Position numbers and translations under genes: made by a program
In this document: piece after piece, positions 48,206-58,034 of the stretch
Layout of the letters: every line of letters begins with the position of its first letter
Position numbering within the stretch: the stretch's first letter is position 1
Notes under the pieces: generated by a model
Database searches by the model: none
The model's input: the letters and a program-made list of their open reading frames with translations, nothing else
What the model was told of the DNA's origin: nothing
Origin: an uncultured Candidatus Actinomarina sp.
GTDB lineage: Bacteria > Actinomycetota > Acidimicrobiia > Actinomarinales > Actinomarinaceae
Length of the DNA: 64,000 nucleotides
Assembly: GCA_902582695.1 (NCBI GenBank)
Contig: CACHTH010000006.1
Coordinates: 929 to 64,928 of the forward strand
Reading direction: 5' to 3'

Positions 48206-48280
48206 CGGGGACGACGGGATTCGAACCCGCGACCTCCTGCGTGACAGGCAGGCGTGAACTCCAGACTTCACCACGCCCCC
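48206..48280 (-). tRNA. tRNA-Asp (GTC)
   Basis: 75-nt cloverleaf with anticodon loop CTGTCAC, T-loop TTCGAAT and discriminator G. Lies 7 nt upstream of tRNA-Phe on the same strand. Confidence 0.9.
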
Positions 48281-48356
48281 AATATATCCTGTAATTCTAA
48301 TATAAGGAAAAAATTTGTTTTAATAGAAATTTTTTTAATTACTATTATGAAAAACA

Positions 48357-49793
48357 GTGAAAATTTATAAATTATCTAAATACTTTTTAAGGTTCTTATT
48401 CCTACAAGGAGTTCTAACAATCGTTACTATATGGTATTTTGATAATTTTCTTATAGGCGACTACTTTGATGGATTTATAAAAATAAAGGAGAATTTGTTC
48501 GAAGACAGAGATAGGTTTTATCCTTTTGTAACAAATGATTTTATTAAAATTGATTTTTATCTAGCTTTTTTTGTTTTTGCTTTTTTAGTGATACTTTACT
48601 CTACGAGCTTTTACTCATACACTAATGAATTAACATTCACTACAAGTAAAAGTATCCTCGACGAGTTTGTACCAATTTATTTAGTCTGGACCGCAAGTTT
48701 TCTGAGCTTTTTACAACTTTTTAGATTTGATGAAGTATCCAGATTTCATACAATAATTTTAACTTTTATAATTCCTTTAATTTTAGTTTCATTTAGAAAC
48801 AGTGAATTTATTTCTTCTGCACTAGGAAGAAACCCAGCAAAAGAAAATTATATATGCTTTAATTTAAAGACTGATTCTCTCTTTAGGAGTTTAAGAATAA
48901 TGTCATTAAGAAATGAATTAGCAAATTTTGAAAATACTAAAACTAATTTTGAACAATATGAAGAGACTATTGAGAGCTTCAATAAAAAAAATGAAATAAA
49001 TATAGTTGTTTTTGATTTTTCTGGAATAAAATCTTTGCCTGATAATTTTATGAAGTATTTAACAAATTTAAACAAGAAAATATTAATTATTGCTGATGCA
49101 GATTTTACATTTAAAACAAATATTATTTATAGAAGTGAGCGAATATCTAATAAAGAAGTTATATATTTAAATAATGATATTCAGTATGGATCAAGCTATA
49201 TAGGAAAAAGATTTCTTGATATTTTCTGTTTGATATTCTTTTCTGTAATTTATTTACCAATTGCACTTCTGGCAACAATATACATATTTTTTCTTGATGG
49301 TAGGCCTGCACTTTTAAAACAAACAAGGGTTGGGCTTCATGGTAAAACGTTTGATATGTATAAATTTAGAACTATGACAATTGATTCGCATAGTAAAAGA
49401 GAAGACTTAGAAGAGTTAAACGAACATACAGGTCCTCTCTTCAAAATTCAAAATGACCCAAGAATATTTAGAGGTGGGTCTTTTTTAAGAAAATATAGTA
49501 TTGATGAAATTCCTCAACTAATAAACGTACTAAAAGGGGAAATGTCGGTTGTAGGACCTAGACCGCTCTTTCCCGAAGATAATGAATATTACGACCAAAA
49601 TTATATTAGAAGATTAAATGTTATGCCTGGTGTAACTGGTTTACTTCAAATAAATGAGAGGAATACTGATGATTTTAATATTTGGTATAAGTACGATATA
49701 GAATACATCGAAAATTGGTCATTGTTTTTGGATATAAAAATTATATTAAAAACACCACTTTCACTATTAAGGTCAAAAATAAGCGGTATTTAA
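48357..49793 (+). CDS. polyprenyl-phosphate phosphoglycosyltransferase (WbaP/Bac_transf family initiating enzyme)
   Basis: C-terminal domain DGRPALLKQTRVGLHGKTFDMYKFRTM...DPR...SIDEIPQLINVLKGEMSVVGPRP...PGVTGLLQI. N-terminal TM segments. GTG start. Confidence 0.85.
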   Translation: MKIYKLSKYFLRFLFLQGVLTIVTIWYFDNFLIGDYFDGFIKIKENLFEDRDRFYPFVTNDFIKIDFYLAFFVFAFLVILYSTSFYSYTNELTFTTSKSILDEFVPIYLVWTASFLSFLQLFRFDEVSRFHTIILTFIIPLILVSFRNSEFISSALGRNPAKENYICFNLKTDSLFRSLRIMSLRNELANFENTKTNFEQYEETIESFNKKNEINIVVFDFSGIKSLPDNFMKYLTNLNKKILIIADADFTFKTNIIYRSERISNKEVIYLNNDIQYGSSYIGKRFLDIFCLIFFSVIYLPIALLATIYIFFLDGRPALLKQTRVGLHGKTFDMYKFRTMTIDSHSKREDLEELNEHTGPLFKIQNDPRIFRGGSFLRKYSIDEIPQLINVLKGEMSVVGPRPLFPEDNEYYDQNYIRRLNVMPGVTGLLQINERNTDDFNIWYKYDIEYIENWSLFLDIKIILKTPLSLLRSKISGI

Positions 49794-49794
49794 G

Positions 49795-49867
49795 TGGGTC
49801 GGGTGGGAATCGAACCCACGACCTTGAGCTTAAAAGGCTCCTGCTCTGCCGATTGAGCTACCGACCC
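49795..49867 (-). tRNA. tRNA-Lys (TTT)
   Basis: 73-nt cloverleaf: GGGTCGG/CCGACCC acceptor, anticodon loop CTTTTAA, T-loop TTCGATT. Confidence 0.9.
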
Positions 49868-49924
49868 TATAAATTAACAAATTTTATTATAAACGTATAT
49901 TTTTAATACAAGGAATATATTGCT

Positions 49925-50275
49925 CTATTCCTCTTCTTGTCTCAAATTATCTTCAAATAATCCTAAATATTTATTTTTTGTTTCATCTATTAAATTTTTT
50001 AACTCTTCATTTATGTCCTGAATAATCTCTTTAGCTTCATTTTTAATTTCATCATCACTAACTGTAGATTCGATAGTTCGAAGCATATTGGTTAAAAGTT
50101 TTGAAGTATTTTCTACAGTATTAGAAAAAGAATCTTTTAAATCATCAACTAATTCTTCTTGGTCTATTTTCTCTTTAATTTTATTTGTAATTTCGCCTAA
50201 ATTATTTTTTATCTCGGACCAACTATTTTCATTTTCCATATGTTTATTATAACTTTTAGTAATTTGCTTTATCAC
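49925..50275 (-). CDS. hypothetical acidic helical protein
   Basis: 116-aa ORF, E/D/K-rich with predicted helices. Its start overlaps the upstream gene by 20 nt. Confidence 0.4.
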   Translation of the reverse strand: MIKQITKSYNKHMENENSWSEIKNNLGEITNKIKEKIDQEELVDDLKDSFSNTVENTSKLLTNMLRTIESTVSDDEIKNEAKEIIQDINEELKNLIDETKNKYLGLFEDNLRQEEE

Positions 50276-51116
50276 TAAATTTAAGGCTTGGACTTTTGGT
50301 AATTCTTTGTTTGGCCCATCTTGCTGGAGCTATAAGTCTAAAAAAAGGAGGTAAGAACGGTCTTGTAAATTTTAATAAATATAAATTGAAATTTAATAAA
50401 AAGGTTTTTATCCAAGTCTCTCTTATGCCATACAAAACCCTAAATTCTTTAGGTAATGTGTTGAAAGCTGTAAAGGCAATAAATGGCCAGATTGGTTTTA
50501 TATGTCTTGGCACGGGTCCGCCTTTTATTATGTCATAAACATCGTCAGCCACATCAGTTTTTAATATATAATTTTTTTCTCTTGATTTAGTAATTACCCA
50601 TTGTTTTAAATCTTCGTGTGTCTTAGGCATTAGTTCTTTATTGACTAAAACCATCTCTGCCGCAAATGAATTTTCTTCATGATATTTATTTTTTTCAGAT
50701 TCTGTTAATTTTCTAACAGTTTTTTCATAAAAATATATCGAAGAGATTTGTAAACATGCATGGACCCAAAGTAACTGCTCGTGGTCTAAAGCATCATAAT
50801 AGCCCCCAGTGACTTCATCCGTTCCATTTATAACTTCATGTAATTTATTTATTCTGTGTGCGCTTTCATCAGCTTCACTTTTTGTACCAAAAGTAACAGA
50901 GTTTTGTAATGATAACGTTCTAATAAGCCTTTTCCACGGGTCACGTTGATAAAAAGATGTTTGTCTTGCTCCAGCTGCAATAAGAGGATGAGCTGCGTGC
51001 ATAAGTAGTGCCCGAGCGCCACCAAACAAAACTGTTATTTCTTTGTTTACTTTCCACATCATTGAGTCGGGGCCAAAATATCCGGGATCACCAATCATAA
51101 ACTTAATGATAAACAA
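50256..51116 (-). CDS. DUF2236/MpaB-family oxygenase-like protein
   Basis: FGPDSMMWKVNKEITVLFGGARALLMHAAHPLIAAG is the typical DUF2236 N-terminal block. Confidence 0.6.
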   Translation of the reverse strand: MFIIKFMIGDPGYFGPDSMMWKVNKEITVLFGGARALLMHAAHPLIAAGARQTSFYQRDPWKRLIRTLSLQNSVTFGTKSEADESAHRINKLHEVINGTDEVTGGYYDALDHEQLLWVHACLQISSIYFYEKTVRKLTESEKNKYHEENSFAAEMVLVNKELMPKTHEDLKQWVITKSREKNYILKTDVADDVYDIIKGGPVPRHIKPIWPFIAFTAFNTLPKEFRVLYGIRETWIKTFLLNFNLYLLKFTRPFLPPFFRLIAPARWAKQRITKSPSLKFSDKANY

Positions 51117-51163
51117 TAAAATAATTTTAAATAAATAGATAATTAGTGAATATAATCATTTAG

Positions 51164-51475
51164 ATGAAAAGAAGAATAGAAGTAATCTGTGGAAAAACTG
51201 ATATTGTTCCTAATTTCACCGAAATTTCAAATACACCAAATTATGTATTCTCACCTGATCCAAATTTTGATGTCGTAAGCTTATTTGATAGAGAAGGAAA
51301 TGTAGTCAATCTTAATTCTTGGATAGAATGTGCATATTACGTAAATGGTGGCTGGACGAATAATTTATCGGATTTTGTAAATGGAGAACAAATACTCTTT
51401 TTTTCTTTGTTGGTGTTCTCATCAATATATTATGCGGGGAAAAAAATTTTTTTTGATAGGATATTTAGTTCTTGA
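51164..51475 (+). CDS. hypothetical small protein with C-terminal TM helix
   Basis: 103-aa ORF. Its stop overlaps the start of the next gene. Confidence 0.3.
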   Translation: MKRRIEVICGKTDIVPNFTEISNTPNYVFSPDPNFDVVSLFDREGNVVNLNSWIECAYYVNGGWTNNLSDFVNGEQILFFSLLVFSSIYYAGKKIFFDRIFSS

Positions 51476-53568
51476 AGAAATTAAATACTGATTCAATAAT
51501 TTTAAAATTCTTTCTTATAATTTTTCTGTTACTTTTAGTTTTCAATTTTTTTTCTGTATCTGAGTTTGAACAATTTGATCTTAATTCTGAAGAAAGAATA
51601 AGTTGGTGGCTTGATCATTATAGAGAACTACGATGTGAGTATGGTTTGTCACAAGTTCTAAGTTCATTTAACCTTGACGAAGAAATCTACATTAGAGCTG
51701 AACCAAGTGGAAGTGTTGAATGTTTTGGTAAAAACTTTTGGGTCGACTATTCACCTGAAAAAAAGGTAGAAGATGGATGGGACACTTACTCAGCTAGAAA
51801 ATTTACAATAAGAGTTTCTACAAACGTTCATATAGATCTATTACTCCAGTCACTGTTCTTTTTAACACTTATTTCTTTTATACCTAAAACTATTAAATAT
51901 AAATTTAAATATCGAAAGATTGTAATTTTATTAACTACTTTGTTATATTATTTGCACCTGTATGGAGAGAGAGCTTATTATTCTTCGATAAGTCGAGACT
52001 TTGATTATCTTTTAATAGTTAGGGACTATGAAAATTCAATAAGCTTCAACAATTTTTATATTTATTCTTATCTATTAGCACTTGTAATAATTTTTTATTT
52101 TTTAATGGGTGTACTTGAAACAAGGCTTGATAATATTATTAATTATTTTCCTTATATATTTCTATTATGGGGTACATATTCATCACTAAATTTAAATTTC
52201 TTTTTAATTTTATTATCTATGATTGGAATATCCTGTTCATTAGATAAAAAACCTAATTTTAAATTCTTAGTAACTTATTCCTTCTTTGCAATTTTTTGGT
52301 TTATAAATTCAAACAACGAAAATACAAATTTTGATGTTGATAAAATTCGTGGATTTGTAAATACCTCTGAAAGCTACGGCTCAATTTTGTTTTGGATTTT
52401 AGTATTTTACTTTACTGTGATTGGTTTTAAACATATTGTGTCAATTTCAAAAGAGTCTATTGATATAAATTTAATTACAAAGAACTTATTAATCTCATCA
52501 TCACTTATTGTTATTTTTGGTTTACTCTCTTCAGTTAATCAAATAGTAAATTTTTTCACTTATTATTTCTTTGGGCTTAATAAGACAGGTATGGGTAGCT
52601 TTGAAAGTATTGCTGGAAATACGTGGAGAGGTTTAGCGCCGAGCGCTGAAGGGGTTGGTGAATTTTATGCATTTGTCATTCTTTTCTTTATTTATAATTT
52701 TTTCATTTTAAAAAACAAAATGAATAATTATTATTTTTTGTTACTTTTAATTAACTGTTACGGACTTTTTAGATCAAACAACATTGCAGCTTTAATAAGT
52801 ATGTTGATGATATTAACTTTATTTTTCTTGCAAAGAAAAATAACAAACAAAAAAATAAAATTATTCATTATTTTAATTTTGGTAATTGTTTTTTTAATAA
52901 CTATGTTTGTAGTCTTTAGTGAATACTCTTTTGACTTTTTAAGCAATATTATGCTTTTTGAAGGCGTGATGGCGTCAAATATTCAATATGAATTTGAGCT
53001 TAATCAATACAATCAATCCGCAGCAGATCAAGCTAACTACGGACTTCTTTTAGAACTGCCAGATGAACGAACAAATTTCTCGACTTCTTTAAAGTATCTA
53101 ATAAATTCATATACTTATGGAAATAAAATTTCAAATGTCCCTAGCTTACTTTCTGTGACTAGTACTGTATCATATTTCATAAATAGATCTGAAAAATGGG
53201 GAATCTTTTTTTCAAAATATAATCCAGATTTTTACGAATTAATGTTTGGATATGGACCGTATCAACTTTCTGAATACTTTTCAAGTCATGAAAACATTTA
53301 TAAAGATGGTTTAATACTTCCTCATTCATCTTTATTTAGTTACTTGCTTTTCTTTGGTTTAGCTGGTTCAGTAGTTATATTTTGTAGTTTCCTTATCTTA
53401 ATTTATAAAAAAAGGGAACATATTTATATTTTATTTTTAATATTGTTTTTATTCATTAATTATCTAAAAAGTGATGCTTTACTTTATTTTCCTAACTTTA
53501 TTCTTTTATTGTTTATGTTAAATTACCTTTACCTTAAAAAGCCAAAAGCCGAGGAGATTGTTGAATAA
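51472..53568 (+). CDS. large polytopic membrane protein, O-antigen ligase/polymerase-like
   Basis: 698 aa with many TM segments. The FRSNNIAALISMLMIL block resembles the Wzy_C motif. TTG start. Confidence 0.5.
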   Translation: MKKLNTDSIILKFFLIIFLLLLVFNFFSVSEFEQFDLNSEERISWWLDHYRELRCEYGLSQVLSSFNLDEEIYIRAEPSGSVECFGKNFWVDYSPEKKVEDGWDTYSARKFTIRVSTNVHIDLLLQSLFFLTLISFIPKTIKYKFKYRKIVILLTTLLYYLHLYGERAYYSSISRDFDYLLIVRDYENSISFNNFYIYSYLLALVIIFYFLMGVLETRLDNIINYFPYIFLLWGTYSSLNLNFFLILLSMIGISCSLDKKPNFKFLVTYSFFAIFWFINSNNENTNFDVDKIRGFVNTSESYGSILFWILVFYFTVIGFKHIVSISKESIDINLITKNLLISSSLIVIFGLLSSVNQIVNFFTYYFFGLNKTGMGSFESIAGNTWRGLAPSAEGVGEFYAFVILFFIYNFFILKNKMNNYYFLLLLINCYGLFRSNNIAALISMLMILTLFFLQRKITNKKIKLFIILILVIVFLITMFVVFSEYSFDFLSNIMLFEGVMASNIQYEFELNQYNQSAADQANYGLLLELPDERTNFSTSLKYLINSYTYGNKISNVPSLLSVTSTVSYFINRSEKWGIFFSKYNPDFYELMFGYGPYQLSEYFSSHENIYKDGLILPHSSLFSYLLFFGLAGSVVIFCSFLILIYKKREHIYILFLILFLFINYLKSDALLYFPNFILLLFMLNYLYLKKPKAEEIVE

Positions 53569-54709
53569 CAAACTTTTTTATATTACTTTTCAATCTTTTC
53601 CTTCGATTAGTGCAAATTCTTTACAGAGCATGAAAATGGTAAAGTATTTTAATAGAGCAGGCTATGATATAGAGCTCGTACACCCAGGAAGAGGAGATTT
53701 AGTTACGAATAAGAATTTTCATCAATACTACAATATTGGTGAAGAAGTAAAAATTTCAAAAATTGACTGGCCTGTAAAATTTGACAGATTTAAATATTTT
53801 AAAAAATTGTTTTATATTATTAGCCACTTCATATGGTCATTTATTGTAACAAGAAAATACATAAATAAATTTCCTGACCGTTCTGACGCTATTTTTTTCA
53901 CACGATCTAATTGGACTTTATTTTTTTTAGCAAGAAAAAATTACAGAGTAGTTTTTGAAATACATAAATTATCAAAAACTACATCATTTGTGTTCAAAAA
54001 ATTAAAAGATAAAAAAAATGTAGGTTATATTGCTTTAAACAAATATCTTGCTGAAGATTCTAATTTAGATAAAGATCAGAAGAAAAACCTAGAAATAATT
54101 GCAAGCTCATTTGATGATGAAGATCTTAAATATAACAATAATCCAAAAATTCCAAACTCATTTATTTTTATGGGCCGTCTGACTAGATATGGACATAAAA
54201 GAAATGTTGAATTTCTAGTTAATGCATTTGGTTTTGAAGAGCTTGATAAGTATAAATTAGTTATTGTTGGTGGACCAACTGCTTCCTCTATTGAACTTAA
54301 AAAATATATAGAAAAAAATAATATTAGAAACGTAGAAATTATAAATCATCTGCCACAAAACGAACTAATTGAATTTGCGTCCAAATTTCAAACTGGTATT
54401 TTAATTAACTCGGGCAACTCTGATAATGATAATTTATACACTTCGCCTTTGAAATATTTTGAATACCTGGCTGTGGGCTTAAACGTAGTGGCTGTAGACT
54501 CTAAATCGCACAGAATTCTTCCTTTTTCAGATAAGATATCTTTTTTTCAAGAAAATAATTTTAAAAGTTTTATAGAAGCTTTGAAGAATTCTGAAAAATT
54601 ATCTAAACCAGATTTACAAGACCTTGAAAAACACTCTTATACAAATAGAGTAATTTTAATTAAAAAACTATTTGCACGCCTGGAGGGACTCGAACCCCCA
54701 ACCCTCTGA
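53558..54709 (+). CDS. GT4-like glycosyltransferase (3' end runs antisense into tRNA-Arg)
   Basis: FMGRLTRYGHKRN, VIVGGP and TSPLKYFEYLAVGLNVVA blocks of the GT-B fold. The last 11 codons overlap tRNA-Arg. Confidence 0.6.
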   Translation: MLNNKLFYITFQSFPSISANSLQSMKMVKYFNRAGYDIELVHPGRGDLVTNKNFHQYYNIGEEVKISKIDWPVKFDRFKYFKKLFYIISHFIWSFIVTRKYINKFPDRSDAIFFTRSNWTLFFLARKNYRVVFEIHKLSKTTSFVFKKLKDKKNVGYIALNKYLAEDSNLDKDQKKNLEIIASSFDDEDLKYNNNPKIPNSFIFMGRLTRYGHKRNVEFLVNAFGFEELDKYKLVIVGGPTASSIELKKYIEKNNIRNVEIINHLPQNELIEFASKFQTGILINSGNSDNDNLYTSPLKYFEYLAVGLNVVAVDSKSHRILPFSDKISFFQENNFKSFIEALKNSEKLSKPDLQDLEKHSYTNRVILIKKLFARLEGLEPPTL

Positions 54710-54748
54710 TCCGAAGTCAGATGCTCTATCCAGTTAAGCTACAGGCGC
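54675..54748 (-). tRNA. tRNA-Arg (TCG)
   Basis: 74-nt cloverleaf with anticodon loop CTTCGGA and T-loop TTCGAGT. The acceptor has a G1-U72 pair. Confidence 0.85.
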
Positions 54749-54795
54749 ATGAAACGGAAATAATTTTTATTATTACTTATATAATAGTTTCAATA

Positions 54796-55530
54796 ATGAA
54801 AACTACTAAAGTACTTAAATCAAATATATCTGAAGTGACGATTATAGATGTTTCTAATTTTTTGAATACATCTTCCAAAAAGACTGTTGCAATTTGTAAT
54901 GCAAACACATTAGTTAGAAGTGTTAAGAATTCTGATATCAGAGATATTGTCAATAGCTTCGATATTAAAACTCCAGATGGCTTTCCAGTCGCAAAAGCTT
55001 TATCTTTCTTAACAAAAAGAAAATTCTCAAGAGTTGACGGTTATAAAGTGTTTTTGACCACACTCTCAGACGGAATAGAGAATAAAAAAAAGCACTATTT
55101 TTTTGGTAGTGATGAAAAAACAACTACTTTAATGGTAAAAAAATTAAACAACTTGTTCCCAGAAATTTTAATAAGTGGGTATATTTGTCCGGAATATACG
55201 TCTCCAGAAAAATTAGTGTCAAAATATAAAAATCAACTTTTAAACATTGACGCTGATATTGTCTGGGTCTCACTTGGATTTCCAAAACAAGAAGTGTTTA
55301 TTAACTTATTACAGAAAGAGGTTGATTTAAATTCTAATTTAGTAGGTGTTGGAGGGGTTTTTGATTGGGTTGCGGGCACAAAGAAAAAAGCCCCTGAGTG
55401 GTTAGCAAACCTAGGTATGGAATGGTTTTTGAGATTAATTCAAGATCCAAAGAGACTGTATAAAAGATACTTAATAGACAATAGTCTATTTATATTTTAC
55501 TTTTTGAGACAAGTACTCTTAGGTAAATAA
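54796..55530 (+). CDS. WecG/TagA/CpsF-family (GT26) glycosyltransferase
   Basis: TPDGFPVA, VDGYKVF, FFGS, WVSLGFPKQEVFI and GVGGVFDWVAGTKKKAPEW...GMEWFLRLIQDPKRLYKRYL blocks. The start is moved to the first ATG outside the tRNA. Confidence 0.8.
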   Translation: MKTTKVLKSNISEVTIIDVSNFLNTSSKKTVAICNANTLVRSVKNSDIRDIVNSFDIKTPDGFPVAKALSFLTKRKFSRVDGYKVFLTTLSDGIENKKKHYFFGSDEKTTTLMVKKLNNLFPEILISGYICPEYTSPEKLVSKYKNQLLNIDADIVWVSLGFPKQEVFINLLQKEVDLNSNLVGVGGVFDWVAGTKKKAPEWLANLGMEWFLRLIQDPKRLYKRYLIDNSLFIFYFLRQVLLGK

Positions 55531-55562
55531 GCAGTAAAATAAAAGTTGAGAAATTGTGTTAA

Positions 55563-57203
55563 ATGAATAATATTTTTAATAATTTAATTGACTCCTTAAA
55601 TCAAGAATTTAAAAACTTTAATTTAGATGAAGACATACATTTAAGCATTTCAAAATTAGACAAATATGACTTACAAATCAATAATCTTGTAAAATACAAT
55701 AAATCTGAGTTTTTTAAAGATCTTAAAAAAAATACAGTAAAAATAATCACTAAATCAAACATTTTTCAAACTGTAGACACTAGTGATGTTGGATTTTTAA
55801 ACTTATGCCTAAATCATGAATATCTTTTAAATAAAATAACAAACACACAGGATGATTTTAAAAATAACAATTGTTCTAGAATTATTTTTGACTATGGAGG
55901 GCCAAATATTGGCAAACCATTGCATGTTGGACACATCCGCACCCTAAATATTGGAAAAAGTTTATACAACATTCATTCATTTATTGGCAACGATGTAGTA
56001 AGCGACATACATCTTGGTGACTGGGGAATGCCGATAGCCCAAATTATTACTTACCTTGAAAAAAAAGATATTGAGTTAGAAAGCTTAAATTCAACCCAAT
56101 TAGAAATAATTTATCCAAAAGCAAGTGAGGAGTATAAACAAAACAAAACATTTAAAACTCGTGCTCAAGAAATAAATAAACTTTTAAATAACAATGATCA
56201 ACAACTTCTAAAGATGTGGGAGTTTATTAAAGACCTCTCTATAAAAAGCCTAAAAGAAAATTTTGAAATACTTGATCATAGTTTTGATTATTGGCTGGGT
56301 GAGAGTGATGTGAATTACTTAATTCCAAAAATGATCGAGGAGCTGTTAAAAGATGGGAAAGTTATATACGATGATGGAGCTTTGATAAGTGTAGAAGATA
56401 CAGATCCAAAAATCTTAATTACTAAATCAGATGGATCCTACCTTTACTTAACTACAGATCTAGCAACTATTTTATTTAGACAAAAAAATATAGGTTATGA
56501 TAAAACTTTTTATATTGTTGATAACCGCCAATCACTTCACTTTGAACAACTGTTCAGTTCAATTAAATTTTTTGAATTTAACAATCTTGAGCATAAACAT
56601 ATTTCCTATGGGACTTTAAATGATAGTAGTGGAAATCCTTTTAAAACTAGAGATGGTGGTACAAAGCCTCTTAGTGAATTGTTTAAAGAAACATATGATT
56701 ATGTTAAAAAAATTAATAATGATTTAGATGATTCTATAATTTCACAATTAACAAATTCAGTTTTAACCTACAGTGATTTAATTACCAATAGAAAGACAGA
56801 TTACAAATTTGACTTAGAAAAATTTACCAATGTAAACGGTAAAACAGGTATCTATGTTCAATACTCACAAGTCAGGGCAAAAAAACTTTTAGAAAATATT
56901 GAAATTAAGAATAGTGAGTTAAAAAAGTTAACTCTTAAGGATGTAGATAAGGAACTACTTTCAAAATTATTTTTGTTTAGTTATTTTTTGGATCAATCAG
57001 CCTTACTCAATGAACCTCATCATCTAGCAAATTATTTGTACGATATCTCAAATTTGTTTAATCAATTCTACGAAAGCGAAAAAATATTAGAAATTGATAA
57101 TTCAGACTATTTATTATCCAAAATATATATTACAAAGTTATTTTTGACAACTAGTCAAAATGTAATGTGGTGTTTAGGGATAACTCCTGTAAACAAAATG
57201 TAA
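55563..57203 (+). CDS. argS: arginine--tRNA ligase
   Basis: 546 aa with PNIGKPLHVGHIR (HIGH motif) and class I ArgRS architecture, including the C-terminal anticodon-binding helical domain. Confidence 0.9.
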   Translation: MNNIFNNLIDSLNQEFKNFNLDEDIHLSISKLDKYDLQINNLVKYNKSEFFKDLKKNTVKIITKSNIFQTVDTSDVGFLNLCLNHEYLLNKITNTQDDFKNNNCSRIIFDYGGPNIGKPLHVGHIRTLNIGKSLYNIHSFIGNDVVSDIHLGDWGMPIAQIITYLEKKDIELESLNSTQLEIIYPKASEEYKQNKTFKTRAQEINKLLNNNDQQLLKMWEFIKDLSIKSLKENFEILDHSFDYWLGESDVNYLIPKMIEELLKDGKVIYDDGALISVEDTDPKILITKSDGSYLYLTTDLATILFRQKNIGYDKTFYIVDNRQSLHFEQLFSSIKFFEFNNLEHKHISYGTLNDSSGNPFKTRDGGTKPLSELFKETYDYVKKINNDLDDSIISQLTNSVLTYSDLITNRKTDYKFDLEKFTNVNGKTGIYVQYSQVRAKKLLENIEIKNSELKKLTLKDVDKELLSKLFLFSYFLDQSALLNEPHHLANYLYDISNLFNQFYESEKILEIDNSDYLLSKIYITKLFLTTSQNVMWCLGITPVNKM

Positions 57204-57204
57204 G

Positions 57205-57747
57205 TTACAAGAATATTTGAGTGGAAATAATCCAGATTAAAAGTATCAAACTATATGAGTAATTATTTATAAAACTCAAATTTTTTCCAAAATTATGAAA
57301 TAAAAACAGCACTAATGGGATTGCTATAAACCCAGAAAATGAAACTGCTCTGGTAATTGAAAGATACTCATTGACAAACACATTTTGGTTACTTAGCAAA
57401 ATCTGAAAAAAGACTAGAAAAAATAATGAAACAAATATTACCGAAACTATATTTGTTAGTAAATTTCTAAAAGATCTATTTTCTATAAAATACTCACTAA
57501 AAAATTCAATAGGAACAAATAAAACAAAAATAGAGACAAAAAGGGTAATAAATGACCAGAAGAGACCTTGTCCACTCCAGCTTATAAGTACTTCATTAAC
57601 TATTCCTGACGATTCTAAAAACAAATAAACTGAAAATCCTAATAAAGATGTGCCAAGAACAAAACAATATAAACCAAGAACGGAAGAAATCTGACTTCTA
57701 TTAATAGATATATTGTTTTTGGTAAATTTGCTAACATCGTATTGCAT
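57205..57747 (-). CDS. hypothetical integral membrane protein
   Basis: 180 aa with about 5 hydrophobic segments. Confidence 0.4.
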   Translation of the reverse strand: MQYDVSKFTKNNISINRSQISSVLGLYCFVLGTSLLGFSVYLFLESSGIVNEVLISWSGQGLFWSFITLFVSIFVLFVPIEFFSEYFIENRSFRNLLTNIVSVIFVSLFFLVFFQILLSNQNVFVNEYLSITRAVSFSGFIAIPLVLFLFHNFGKNLSFINNYSYSLILLIWIISTQIFL

Positions 57748-57789
57748 ACAGACATAATAACTGTTTTTATATTAAAATATTATTTAAAT

Positions 57790-58032
57790 ATGGATTTAAT
57801 AGATACTCCAAACCCCAACGCTAAAAAAATATTAGTTGAACACAACTACGAGATCGCAATATACATTAATAATGAGAATCAAGAAGTTGGTGGTATTGCA
57901 AAACAATTAATTGAGATTGATGGCGTTGAATCTATATTCACAGGCCCTGGTTTTTTGACTCTTACAAAAGAGGAAAGTGTTGATTGGAGTCTCATTAATA
58001 ACGATATATTAATTAAGTTTGATACAATATAG
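57790..58032 (+). CDS. Nfu/NifU N-terminal-domain-like small protein
   Basis: DTPNPNAKKI...IDGVESIFTGPGFLTLTKEESVDW matches the Nfu_N pattern. The start is chosen at the internal ATG. Confidence 0.55.
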   Translation: MDLIDTPNPNAKKILVEHNYEIAIYINNENQEVGGIAKQLIEIDGVESIFTGPGFLTLTKEESVDWSLINNDILIKFDTI

Positions 58033-58034
58033 CT

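Noticed and set aside
48058-48294. 78-aa plus-strand ORF spanning tRNA-Phe and tRNA-Asp. The 63-aa ORF at 49715-49906, over tRNA-Lys, is the same kind of case.
   Set aside because: Both are simply antisense read-through of tRNA genes. The cloverleaf structures explain the sequence.
54721-54795. N-terminal 25 codons of the track ORF 54721-55530
   Set aside because: They begin inside tRNA-Arg on the opposite strand. The TagA/WecG homology starts after the internal ATG at 54796.
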